Assembly: GCA_011109175.1 (NCBI GenBank)
Contig: RDEW01000009.1
Location: forward strand, 348,573-412,572
Direction: 5' to 3'
Length of the DNA stretch: 64,000 nt
Origin: Dicyema japonicum
Taxonomy: Eukaryota > Animalia > Dicyemida
Under the pieces are notes generated by a model. The model had not been told where the DNA came from, did no database searches, and saw only the letters and a program-made list of their open reading frames with translations. Position 1 is the first letter of the stretch; every line of letters begins with the position of its first letter. The translations under genes and the position numbers were made by a program. Below, piece by piece: positions 51,540 to 63,925 of this stretch.

Positions 51540-52510
51540 AAATTCATTAAGGAAAGCCTACAAGGCAAACCTCGGCATCAAAAAACCCTTATGTGCTCCA
51601 TTTACATATAGAAGATTTTTGACTCGATTCCGAGGAAATTATTTACTAGGAAGATTATTGGCTCTAACATTCTAAACAATTTGAAAATTTTGCTTACAAA
51701 CTTTCTCAACAGACCAAGAGGAAGAGTAATTTTACATTCCACATTTTCTGTCACTAAATTTTTGCCGGATGGGGTCCCATAGGGATCCCCACTGTCACCA
51801 TTCTTTTCAACCTCTTTATGAGCGACATGCCTTCCCATAGCAGTAACAGTACTTTGATCCTCGCATATGCTAACGACATAATCCTGACAACAAGAGACCA
51901 GTGTATTTACACAGCGGGTACCCTTTTACAAGATTTACTGTTGGCTTACGAGGATACTACACACAATTCCTAAAAAGTCGAGCTCAATGATTTTTACTTC
52001 CAATAGAAGACTGACAAAATCGGCACATTTTGACCCTTAATGAAATGTCAATCTTTTCAACTAACTTTATCAAAATACTTGGGATCACATACGACCCTCT
52101 TATGCATTCAGAAAACACATCAGCAACGTAATTTCCTCCTCCCAACGAAAACTAAATTAAAAAAACTACTTGGATACTACAAATGCTTTTTTACTCAACA
52201 TTAAATCACCTTTATACCCAATACATACAACCAACAATCAGCTACTGCTTTGTGGAATTGGGATAAACCTATCCTATACGAACCTAAAAAAATCAATTCC
52301 TTCCAAGAAATAGTTATGAAGGCCCTACAAAAGTTCTCCTCGCCACTAATGTCAATTCCGTTCTAGGAACCTATGAGGAGAACGGGAGGTCATTTGAAAC
52401 TTCCAAATTTTCGAAAAGTGGATCGTCCATACAGGAAGTATATCGGCTCGCGGGAGGAACATCGAGAAAAGATGAGGCGGTTGGTTAAAGAGAGCGGGAT
52501 CACCTGATGA
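51540..52510 (+). mobile_element. Vingi-like LINE RT to ORF end, decayed
   Basis: LILAYAND; KYLGITYD; EEHREKMRRLVKESGIT*. Confidence 0.7.
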
Positions 52511-52539
52511 CCCCTACTCCCTCTTATTTTATTTTGTCG

Positions 52540-53688
52540 GTGATTCTTGGTTTTAAATGAATAATCGCTGGCACTTCCTATTCTCAGATAAAATTATGTT
52601 ACCTAGGCGTTATGTAGTTCTCTTATTTTGGCGGCGCCTAGTGCCAATGGACTTGGTAAAAACCATTCTCTCCCTCTACCCCGTCACATTACTTTATGGG
52701 GTGGCTACCCTTCTCTCCTTTCCTGCTGATTGTGCTTTGTGGGGAAGTAGAACAGAACCCCGGCCTATGTTCCTTCCTGATCATCTTACAACTAAACATG
52801 AACAGTATCTGAAACAAAGTTCTGGAGCTGCGTTCCCTACTGATGGACTATAAGTTGACATCTGGGTAATCCAAGAGACGAAGTTAACCAAGTTAATCCC
52901 CACTCTTTGCTTTCCACAAAAACCGCGACAGGTGCTCAGGTGAAGGGTTTTAACGATTGTCATTCATGGATGTTTCCCATTGTGTCTCCAAGCTTTGCAA
53001 ATGCAACGGAACATTGAAGCAGATCTATATCGAGTTCTCACTCTCACATGCAGTACGAATACTCACTCTATCCCCATATAGGGACTTCAATCCCAAGCTA
53101 TGCTCGCACACGCTTACTCTCATAAGGAAGAGGAATATTTTCAAACAGTTAAGACACATGACTCTATAAGACAACTGAACATCTACATTTCACCGTAAAT
53201 ACTGCTATAATATAAACGAAGATGGACCCGTATAATTAGTCTTTTAGGATCAATACTCGCCTTTACAGACTAATGCCAGTTCCCAATATTACTTATTTCA
53301 CTCCCCAACAAGTATAGAAGAAAATCTGTTCCTTAAAGAATTCGCATGCATGTGGCCCTGATGGAGTATCTACAATTCATCTGAAACACTAGGGGCTCCA
53401 GGCGTTATTAATTTTGACGAGCTTATAAAATAACACTGTGAACATGCAACCCCCAAACATATGGGAATATTCGATAATTACACCAATTTTAACATCTGGA
53501 AACTCCAAAAATGGCCCATCGTCATTTTGGCCGATTTCTTTGCTTTTAAAGGTGCTAAAGAAGTTAGTCTTTATGATGATTACTCCAGATATGCGGGCGC
53601 CATTTTTCCAATATGGTTAACTGGCAGATACACGACGCCGCACCTGGAAATTTTATCCAAAATTATCATGAAGGCCGACGTTTCCCTA
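52540..53688 (+). mobile_element. LINE 5' part with 2A-like peptide and APE/RT fragments
   Basis: FLLIVLCGEVEQNPGL at 52720-52767, followed by DIWVIQET and decayed RT motifs. Confidence 0.6.
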
Positions 53689-54003
53689 ATTATTTATTTA
53701 TTAACCCCGAATACACAGAGAAAGAAGTTAAAGTAAACAACTAATTAAATGTATCCAGTTTCCACTTCTACACAGAGTCCATCCGGAATCAACATAAATG
53801 GTAAAAGACGTCCATACTTGCAGTTGTGGAAACCCTTCCAGTGGAGTGGGGGAGAGCAAATGATCCTTTTTCTTGCCGGCCAGGCACTGGGCGCCACCTA
53901 GACAGGTGGATCATATGGCGCCACTCTAATAGGAAGAGAGAGAAGGAACAGACGAACAAACAGAAGCTTCAACCAATTAGCCACTAAGCACCACATGGGC
54001 TTC
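53689..54003 (-). mobile_element. longest copy of the short structured retroelement module
   Basis: Highly similar to 1658-1952; (TAAA)n tail at 53689-53703. Confidence 0.8.
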
Positions 54004-55483
54004 TCTAATGCAGAACTTCGGGTTTCTAACATCTAAATTCATCTCGTCAATGCTCATGAGAAGGAAAACAAGACTTTCGTCCATTCTGATCTAAACAGAT
54101 ATTCTGTTCAATAGAGATGCGACATCACCTCAACTTTTCGATCAATTAACTTCAATCAATTAACTTTTAGCAAAATTTCTTATATTTATAAACTTATTAC
54201 TTCCAATTATATCAAGTACCCTCTGTCTAAATTAGTTTTAATGCTACCTCATGTCATCCTAAGAAAAACACGTACAATCAAACCTTTCGAAACTTCCGCC
54301 GATTTCTCGAATTGCAACAAATTGCAGTTTGAGTCTGCAACTTTCCGGAATGTGACAGGCCATACTTATTACGGAAAAGTAGATGTATTAGTGTTCTGTC
54401 ATGTAGCACCATAAAGGATCATCTATTGGAAGGGTTTTAGCAATACCACAAAATGGTCGTTTTCCATCTTTTCTCTGGTTCTAGATTGGCATGTCCCTCT
54501 GTAACTATGAAAAAAAGAATATACTTAATTTGGTTGTTATTTATTTCTCATTGTATCCGTGCTATAAAATTTAAACATGTAATATCACTGGATTTCCATT
54601 CAAGAATAAGGAGATAGTGATAATAAGCACTTTCATGTAAGCAGTAGTAGTTACATCTCAACAGGTGCATACCAGACACAATACTAAATTTGAGTGTCTT
54701 CCACACTCCTGTGTTGTAAACAATTGATCCTATAGAATCCAGCTCATCAGCAGCTTCAACTCCCATTTCAGTGTTTTTAAGCAATTATTTAGTTAATCTT
54801 GGCCTTTCGCGTAAGCAGCTCATGGCAAACATAATAACCTTAGATGGCTGTATTCACAGAGGAAGTCGTGTCCTGACATTTTCTCAAAAACCAAAGTACT
54901 CAAAGTTCTTTTTCGAACAATATAAAAATTAAGTAAGAAACCAACTAAATTCTTTTAGTTAAAAGTCCTTCGCGGGGTTCAGATCTCTTCAAACCGATCG
55001 TTCGTCCGATGTTGGAAAGAAAGGCATCCGTCATCTCTCCCACGAACCCGAAAGTCCAGGAATATGAACAAAATGGTAGTCTCCCTGAGTGATTCGTACT
55101 CAGCCTTGTCTGTTTTAAAGTTATTTAAAATTTCATAATTTTTTGCTCATATCTCAGTTCTGAGTTGCATTTTCATTAAGTAATTCATTCGCAATTTTAA
55201 CCTCCAAAAAGAGCTTATAAAGGAAGTAAGGAATACAAGTAAAAATGATTCAAAGTGATATCCTCAACCTTCAACCGAAATGTATATCAGCGAGATTCGA
55301 TTCTGGGACAATCAGAATTTTGTCCGGTACTTTTAACAGTAATAACTTGCTGAAAAAATATTGTAGTTCCAATAACAAAATTTTCAAATTTATTCCAAAA
55401 TCTTTCTTATTATACAAGAACTTAAAAATTTCAATTCAAAAAAAGAATAAACACAATAAATTTGTTAATATTTTAATATATTA

Positions 55484-55909
55484 TTAAGGTTTACATTTAA
55501 TAAATTCTTCTACCAAATCGGCACAAAGCAGTGTTCTGTTTGGTCCATTCTCTTCATAACATTGACGAACTTTCTCAGCCAATTTTTGACATTGATTTTG
55601 ACTAAACAGTAAAATATTGAACAACGTTGTATTTTCTTCATAATTTCTGACCTTTTCTTTCAGTCTTTCGAATTCTACTTTCTCTTGTACATATTCCATT
55701 TGGGTTTGATTCTCTAGTTTGCTCACATCTTCTACAGGAATATCAATATCTGGCTGTTCGCATGGTGGTTCTGGCATAGCTACTTCCTTCATTTCTTTAT
55801 TCTCAAAATGTTTATCAATTCTTTCTTTAACTTTTGAATCAATCTAAAATGTCAAAATTCCGTTTACCACGACAATGCCGACATCTTTTCTTGTAAATGT
55901 CTCACGCAT
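55484..55909 (-). CDS. CHCHD3: MICOS subunit MIC19/MIC25 (CHCHD3/6-like)
   Basis: Exon 1 MRETFTRKDVGIVV, a 24-nt intron, then IDSKVKERI...; a second, in-frame 24-nt intron; twin Cx9C CQKLAEKVRQCYEENGPNRTLLCADLVEEFIKC. Confidence 0.8.
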
Positions 55910-58480
55910 AATTGCCACACAACACTATATTATTTAAAATAAAATTTGTTTTAGTTTTTAATAATATTTTAAAGTTTTATTAAAGTTGGAAATTAATATT
56001 TTAATGTGCTCACTAAATGCGATAGGAAACAAGAACACAGTTGAAAACCATACTAAATGATCCCAGCACATTTAATCAGTTCTCCTAGCTTGGCGTAATG
56101 ATCCTCTCTTAAATCCGTATAAGCACTTACTGGACATAGAAATGTCTGATAGAACGGACATCCCGCTCCATATTAGTGACTGTAGAGATGTCAGTGTTAG
56201 CTCCTTCTTTCCAGAAATCCACGGTCCCGTCACTGTGCATGCCTTTCTCTGTGTGGTTGCTATCTTCTCGGAATTGGTCCAAGAGAATGAATGAGCCCCG
56301 GGCAATGAGTAAGATATGCATTGTTCGCCGTAAAGCTTGTATATATAATTCATGACTTGACGTTTTCCTGGTCTTCACTAACGTAGTGACTGATTTCTCA
56401 GGACTAATTGATAGACTGTTGTCCTATAACCAAACGTTACGACTGTCCTGGTGTTGTTTCAATTTTGATGTAGCAACTTGAAAATCCAGATCACGTGAGG
56501 CCATGATAATATCATTCACTTGAGTTATCAGGATTTCACTTTCTTGAATAGGAAGATTGAACGCGAAAAGACTGACCAATAAATGGGATTAAGGTGATCC
56601 TTGGGGGTACCCATTTAGAATAAGTCTTGATGCGGATCTTAAATCTTTAAAATAAACAGGTCTTTTTCGACCGCTAAAAAGAGCTATTTATCCATAGTTA
56701 AAGTTTTCAAGTATTTCCCATAGGAATATTTTCCAAGTTATGATTCTTCTAGGAACAGTTTTCAAGTTAACCTTCCCCGAATGAAGGTTTTTTTATCTTC
56801 AGCAAAATTGAATCGTGGTTACTTTTGAATCATTAGTGACCTACCAAGACTTTATTGCAGTCTGAATAATGAAGCAAATAGTAATATTCAAAAAATTTAT
56901 TTTGTCGTTATTCTTGTATGGTATTTTTATGTTTTTCGCAATGATTTATGCAACATTGTCATCCCCAAAAGATTTTTCTCTTCCAAAGTGATGTCCAGGA
57001 ATTTAAGATCCTTTCAATATATAGTTATGAGCCCATTTCCCCATTTTTTTCATCTAGTCGGTCCGCATAGATTTGTATCCGAGTAATTAAGCTATTTGTT
57101 GGGAATTTTGTCTCTTTAATCAGAACAATATTGATCTTTATCTTTCCTCTTATTCTATTGATGTTCAGTCAAAGCACAATAGTCGGCTTATTCTTGTGAT
57201 GGACTGTTGTTTTTTCCGTGAAGCTGGGATTTTGTCCCAAGCGTTTCTCAGGGAAACGAAAATCCTCCCAGGAAGAAACTCACGAGAAAAAGGGAAATAA
57301 AGGCTTTCATTGAGAATGAAGCAAAGTAGACATTTAATTTTTAGGAGAGAGGAGTGGGAGTGGGAAATGGCCATTGATCAATACTCATTTTTGTAGGTCA
57401 ATTCCGGTTGTGACAGACGTCTGAAAGGGCCCCAGCGTTTCTTCCGAGTGATTTTGAGATTATCTTCAGGATCCTCATTCTCGTAAGTGCCGCGATCGTC
57501 CGATTCTCGACATTTTTTTGCGAATGTAAGTAGACATTTAATGCAATAGATGTCGCCATGTCAATTTTCTGATCAATTAACCACTTGGTTAACTGTGCAT
57601 AGCTGTTGATTTGATCTATAAAAAAATTATTAAAGACCATTCGAGACAATAATCTAAATCATAATTCCGTTGGTCAATTATAATTCCGTCAGCTTTCAAA
57701 TTTTGGGCAGGTGAGATTAAAACGAGAAAATTGGTGCATTTCTTAATTTGAGACTGGGACAAACTTTTATGCTCAAAGACTATTGACAAGATAAAACCTG
57801 AATTTGACCAGCATCGTCTAGCATGTCTAATTTCTGAGTTGATTTTTTGCACAAAGATAATTTCGTTGAAAAAAACAGTTAAAGACTAGCTATAGGTTTT
57901 ATCACTCAAGGATGACCGCTCTCAGAATAAAAAACATATTACCACTGACGATTTGTAAAGAAATGAGCTAAATAAACAATCTCCTTTCTCTCTTATCCTT
58001 CTACTTCCTCACGATAAACGATCAAAGCGGTTCATCAGGGTTAGTTATCCGCTTCAATGACTTCTCATGTTTCCACAACAATCGGTGCAAAAATTAACTG
58101 CCCACTGATACATTCGGGTTTAGGCCCTTTCCGAGGCTGATCATGGGTGAGTTGCTGTCAGTGCAAGGTTGAAGGGGGAAGACATCCACACTTTCTTGTT
58201 ATCCATCAATTTCCTTCACTTAAAAGGAAACATATGGATTTATAGTAGGAAAATAATTCCTCATAGGCAAGACACGAACAGTTATATTGACTATCGTTGA
58301 AGGGCGGAAGTAACCAAAAAATATTTTTTTAACTTTTTTATTTGTCTTAAGTCAGTCCTATCTAGACGATCAGGTTCCGTAAAGAAGCATTAACTGATGA
58401 TGGCGTTAAAGCATCATAGATGCGTGTAAACTTTTGCCGGAATGTACATCTGTGAGATTCGAACACAGAACCATCAAAAG

Positions 58481-58553
58481 GCTCGGATGGTGTAGTGGTT
58501 ATCACGTTCGCCTAACACGCGAAAGGTCCTGGGTTCGAATCCCAGTCTGGGTA
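58481..58553 (+). tRNA. tRNA-Val(AAC)
   Basis: D arm GTGTAGTGGTTATCAC; anticodon arm TTCGC-CTAACAC-GCGAA (AAC at 58514-58516); T arm CTGGG-TTCGAAT-CCCAG; TTTTT terminator at 58555-58559. Confidence 0.9.
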
Positions 58554-59379
58554 CTTTTTGCCTGCTTTGAAATTTGATTGGTGTTATTTTTTTCTAATAC
58601 GTTTTATGGAAAATAAAATCACAAAATAGCGTTGACAGTGTTATTAAGTTGAGTTCTACATATTCACAACTGTTGTTTAGAATCAGATGATTTAAATTTT
58701 TTTTATAAATTATGTGTATTTGCACATGTTAACGGAGATGGAGACCTTGGCTTTTTCGCACGGTAGTGGGGACATGGAATACCACAGACATTGGATGGTT
58801 CAGTTGATAGCGGGAACTGGGATTTTTTACAGTTTGTCGATAGAATTGAGGGAGGCAGACGTTGACAAACAAGGGGTTGCATAATTAATTGTGGTTCGAA
58901 TGAATCGTTTAGACCTTTTGTGATGATTATAATAGGATTTCGATGAGGAGCATGAATTTCATCGTGTCCTCCAGCAACGTTAGTCTCTTGAAGACACCTA
59001 CATCGACTCGTAAATCTAAATCTCATAGGGTGTTCCGTTTCGAACTCGCTAATAGTCCTCTGACATTAAATGAAACGATAGTAAAAGGCCCTGATGAATA
59101 GAATGAGAGCATGTTTGAGACAACTAAGAGGCACGTCACACTCAACCAAAGCAACTAAATTTAATAAGTCGGGAACATTTGTTTAAATTGAGTAAGAACA
59201 GTCACACTAAGTAATCAAAGCATTGAAACTTTTCGACTTGTCCTTTTATTTTTTGCTTGTGAGTCCCAGAAGACAGCCCACCATTAATTTGACCAAGAAC
59301 GGTCATAAAAAGAACAGTGGAAATTCTCGGCATCTGTATAACACGTGTCTAATACGTTTATGGAAAATAAAATCACAAA

Positions 59380-60427
59380 AATAAATTCTCAAAATAATAC
59401 GGAAATTAAAAATATAGTTTATGTGCTTGAAGAAAAACTTGGCTAAGACAAACTTCATCCCCACATCATTATTCGCATCAATATATTTGTGACTAATTGA
59501 TGGCTTAGTCAGAATAAGCTCCCCCAAAAGTCGCACTTCGAGGTTGATTCCTTCCTACAAATTAGTCACGATAAAAACAAGTCATTTGTTTGCACAAAAT
59601 CGCCAATAGAAAAGTAAACGTAGCACTCATTCTTATAATCTTTGACTTTATCATATTCTTCTTTATCCACGTTAATGATTAAGTTGGCTGTGAACTGGGC
59701 CAGATCGAAAATCTGACGACTTTGTCCTAAAATATAAATTTCTACTACCATGATTAACTGTTCTAATCAATTTATGTGAATTGTTAGTTTCATCACAGAC
59801 AAAAAGATGTTACTGTTAGTCTTATTTGTGATGTTAATATGTGGTGACATACAAGAAATTTGAATTCCCAAATCATCAAACATACTTTGTAACATATTAG
59901 TCATATTATTGGGGGAATAATTCTAGCAAACGGAGGTTGCTATTGTTTATCGAGAAGACATTCTCATATATTCTATGATCTTTCACAATTAGACACTCCT
60001 TGTAGTAAATGTTTAGCAGACCCCACATCATTGATTCAATTTCTAAAAAGGAACTCAGAGTTACTACTTTTGTCATTGAGATAGTAATGGTTTGGATTCA
60101 CACAGTTGTATTCACCATTATTGTCCATATTGTATTTGCAATTTTCATGGGATTCATTTCTGACTTCCTTTAAGTGATTCCAACGAAAGAGCCTACATGA
60201 AATCACGTGTAAGGAGTCCTCGAATCTGGGGAATATAAAATAAGTGAAGACGTTGTCAAGACGCATTGAGAATTTATATCACACAGTGAAATGGCATTAT
60301 ATAGATTTGTTATTCCGTTAATGTATTGGTTCACCTCATAGAGAAACGTCCATAGATCTTCCATGAAATCGTATTTCTGTGGTGCTGTCAAAGTTTTGAA
60401 GACTTTTATGTATTCATTAACACCCAT
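59380..60427 (-). CDS. unassigned multi-exon gene or pseudogene (orphan)
   Basis: ATG at 60427. Successive frames are linked by ~22-26 nt GT-AG segments, e.g. gtcttcacttattttatattccccag. No family recognised, and frame continuity is incomplete. Confidence 0.4.
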
Positions 60428-61133
60428 TAACTTAATTTTTTACGCAACGAACGAAATATATAAAGTAATCAAATTGATTGCGTAATCCATGTTTAACATA
60501 ACTTTTAAATAATGTTATTGATTTATTTAAATTCTGGGTCCCCAATGCTCGAATCCCCACCCTGGTTTCCTTATATTGAATCTGTAGTTTTTAAAGCAAT
60601 TTCTTTCCTTCGTAAATGAATCACTACACTATTGAAGTAGTGTAATGCATTATCGAGAGATTTGAAGTTGTATACAATAAAACATAAATTTACCGGTTTT
60701 AGCGAACATTGTGATTTATCTCCAGTTTTAGAACAGTCTCAAAGCTTTTTAGAGCCGATAAACATTCCATCCTTTCGGAAATATTCGGGATGATAATGAC
60801 CAATATATTTAATACATTTTACTTTGTAGAGATTGTTTTGATTATAAAATGGCCAATGAAAAGACAATGAAGAGACCCTGAAGGAGGCAACAGAGAATCA
60901 CATCAAACATATTTGCATTGAGACTGACCAGATCAAGAGATTCAAGGAAATCTTTATAATTATCTACCACGATAACGACGAAATTAATTTAATGAATGAC
61001 CTGAGGAATATCTAGAACAATTTAGGTGGTAATATTAACAACCATGACAATATACACGACCATTCATCAGGAGGTTTGTCTTATAATTTCAAATTCTAAT
61101 TGGATTTATAGTAACATCCACTTTTTTTAAATG

Positions 61134-61230
61134 ATACACTATACGAGCATTTTACACTGCTTGGGAGACAAACAGTGCACGCTCATTATACACTATACGA
61201 GCATTTATACACTGCTTGGGGGACAAACAG
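61134..61230. repeat. direct repeat, two ~42-bp copies, period 54
   Basis: ATACACTATACGAGCATTT(T/A)TACACTGCTTGGG(A/G)GACAAACAG occurs twice. Confidence 0.9.
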
Positions 61231-61269
61231 ATCTTTAGCCAGAGGATTACACAATTTAGATGGTCCACT

Positions 61270-62000
61270 CCCGTGTCGATAGAATCCCATTAGGTTACAG
61301 TAAATTAATATCTTGAAATTTGGCCAGTCTACTTTCTTATAGTTTTTGAGGTTGGTCTGTTCCCATGTGGGTTTTTGAATAATCTAAACTTTAGTATAAT
61401 TGAATTGTGATCCCTATGGAATTCGTAGGAGACGTTCAATGAAATTAGCGAGGTAATCTTTAAGAGAGAAATGGACAGGTCTAGTGAATTTAAGTTATCA
61501 TTTCTTCGGACTGGTGTTCTTGTATGGATATTCGGGTGATTTAGAATCACCATTTTTCAAAGGAGTCAGCAACTAGATTACCTCTCTTGTCGACCGATTG
61601 AGTAGTCAGCCATTGGGAGTGTTTTATGTTCGAGACCACCACATTTATAATATTTCCCAGATTTTGGGGTTTATTCAGTTTTAGGACATAGTTCTCGGCA
61701 AGGAGCCCGACAACAAAATTTATAATTTTATTAAAATGAGGTGATCTGAAACCATTAATATTATCCATCAAAATTTTTTCACCGGTCCTGTCATGTAAAA
61801 TTAAATTATCGACTCGTATGCTCGCATAAAAGTAGATAAAACTGTTTTAATGATTGTAAGTAGCCCACTGCCACCAACAATTGGATCTTTCTGAGTATGG
61901 TGTATCCAAAAAATAATTAATCGGTTTTCTCCAAGAGCAGATGATCCACAAGAAAACCTGAAGACCTGGATCATTATATTAGTCACCTTTTTTCTGGTGA
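61270..62000 (-). mobile_element. LINE APE relic, same family as 11250-12890
   Basis: ILNHPNIHTRTP...SLDLSIS...HRDHNSIIL; VGGSGLLTIIK. Confidence 0.7.
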
Positions 62001-62276
62001 GCAGCGAGTTTAGGAAGCAGTATTGGTACCAATAAGCTTCTGAGACACAATTCGCTGAATAATGACGGAAACGAAGTTTCTTTAGCGCGAGAAATTCTTG
62101 TCGACTTTACACTTCTACTTTTTGGTCACCACATGGATTTACATATATTTCTGAACAGAATCAAACTATCGTCCTATCCAATTTGCCCATCCTGCCTTTT
62201 TGACGGCAAGAATATGGCCACCTCTTTTCTTGTCCGGCACAGAACATAGTACAACTGTCGGATCTCGTGAGCATCC

Positions 62277-62480
62277 ATTTATTCAGAATTTTTTTTAGAA
62301 ATTAGGAGAGATTTCTCAAGGATTTCTGAATAGTGGATATCACTATTTACAGAAAGGATCATTTCCAAATACTATTCATACTACATTTCAAATGTATAGG
62401 AGATTTGGTGTTACGTCTGACTACGAGCCCGTCACATTTTCTGCACTGTGAAGATTTGCTTATTTTAGACTTTGATTGTA
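62277..62480 (+). pseudogene. duplicated TRRAP fragment with flanking intron sequence
   Basis: About 90% identical by eye to ~40185-40415. Confidence 0.9.
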
Positions 62481-62589
62481 TTTGCTACGCCAATAATTTT
62501 GGAAGCTGTAAATCGTGTTCAATTGATAATTAAAACTTAAAGTTTACTAAAAATTCAAAAACAATATAAAAGTTATATAAAATTTCCTA

Positions 62590-62925
62590 ATTTTGTTGCC
62601 CATGTCTAACAGAAATACCTCCCCTGCTGACGAATCTACAACTCATATATGTGGTTCCGTATTTCTCTGCATTTGCAAGGAAGATGGACACCCACTAAGC
62701 CTCTCACTGTTCCACGCAAAAGAAAATCAGTTGGCTAAGAAATTTTCCTTCCCCAACCGGCTTCCTCTGCAAGGATCAAAAAAAGGCATTTCCGTTCTAC
62801 AGTGGAACAATGGAGACGCAAAGGCTTCGGATGGCACGTTTGTTTTGCGGGAACTGGATCACCTAACTAGTTGACTTTACTTTTGCCTTTTCTTTCTCGG
62901 TGATCCCGAGGTTAATAAATAAATA
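62590..62925 (+). mobile_element. internally deleted LINE, APE start fused to the 3' tail
   Basis: ISVLQWN followed directly by GGATCACCTAACTAGTTG...GAGGTT(AATA)n. Confidence 0.6.
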
Positions 62926-63925
62926 ATGTCTAAGTTGCGGGTTGCACTTTCATTAAGAAAATTCATTCACTAATGCAATCTTCGCTGTCTTAATTTCCAA
63001 GAAACACAGTAGTTAAGAACTTATGAAAAAGTATGGAGTCAAGTTCAAAGATTCAAGTGGCCTCCTCAACTAAAGAAACTGTTGATGCTCCCAAATATCT
63101 TCTAAATACCGGTTTTTAGTTCTTATATTTTCAGATGCTAATGAACTTGTAATAAAAAAACTAAATTTTGGCTGGTGGAAGAGGAAAGGGTTACTTTGAC
63201 AATGGTTACAAAGGAGGGGTTCAATTAACTAAAAGGTATGAACAAAGACTTATATGAGCCTTGGAGATGTCGAATTATTCCAGAAATATGTTGGACAATC
63301 GACTAATTACTAAACAGACTCCACCAGATGGAGTTTTTGTCCAAAAAGTCTCTTAATTACAATTGCCAGATCACTGTAGCTTAAGCTCTGGACATTGCAG
63401 AGAGACGTATATTGCTATTGTCTTAGATCGAGCCACGTGCTCTCCTGTGATTATTGGTAGTCCTTTAGGTGGAATGGATATTGAAGAAGTCAAGTAAGAG
63501 TATATTTTCAAAGTTCACTTAAAATTAAGTTTTAGGAATTTATTGACATTAATGTGGGTTAACAGTTCAACAGGCTGTAAAAATGGCTGAAAAACTTGGA
63601 GTTTAAAGGCCCTCAGCTTACTCAGGTTTGTTTTTAAAGTTATTTTCAAAGGCAGTTGATCAAAATTAAAAGACTTTATGAGAAGTTTACGAAAAATTGA
63701 CGCAACTCAATTGGAAATCAATCAATTTGGAGAAACCTCACAAGGAAATTGTATGTGAGATCGTTATTCTTATTAATCAGTCGTTTCGTTTGATGCCAAA
63801 ATAAATTCTGACGACAATGCTTTTTTATCGTTAAAGGGAGATATTTCTTCTGGACGACAAGAATGAATCAAACTTGTCTGAGCTGGAGCAGAGAAGTTTA
63901 GATGAACTCCTACAAACATAGCAAG
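62926..63925 (+). pseudogene. SUCLG2: succinyl-CoA ligase beta subunit (SUCLG2-like) pseudogene
   Basis: LNFQE, LAGGRGKGYFDNGYKGGVQLTK, TKQTP, ETYIAIVLDR..GSPLGGMDIEEV, DATQLEINQFGET, FDAKINSDDNA. Tiny introns are retained; multiple stops and frameshifts; similarity ends near 63925. Confidence 0.88.

Noticed and set aside
53890-53925. SECIS-like hairpin in the module (ATGA present)
   Set aside because: No apical AAR loop and no matching GA quartet geometry.
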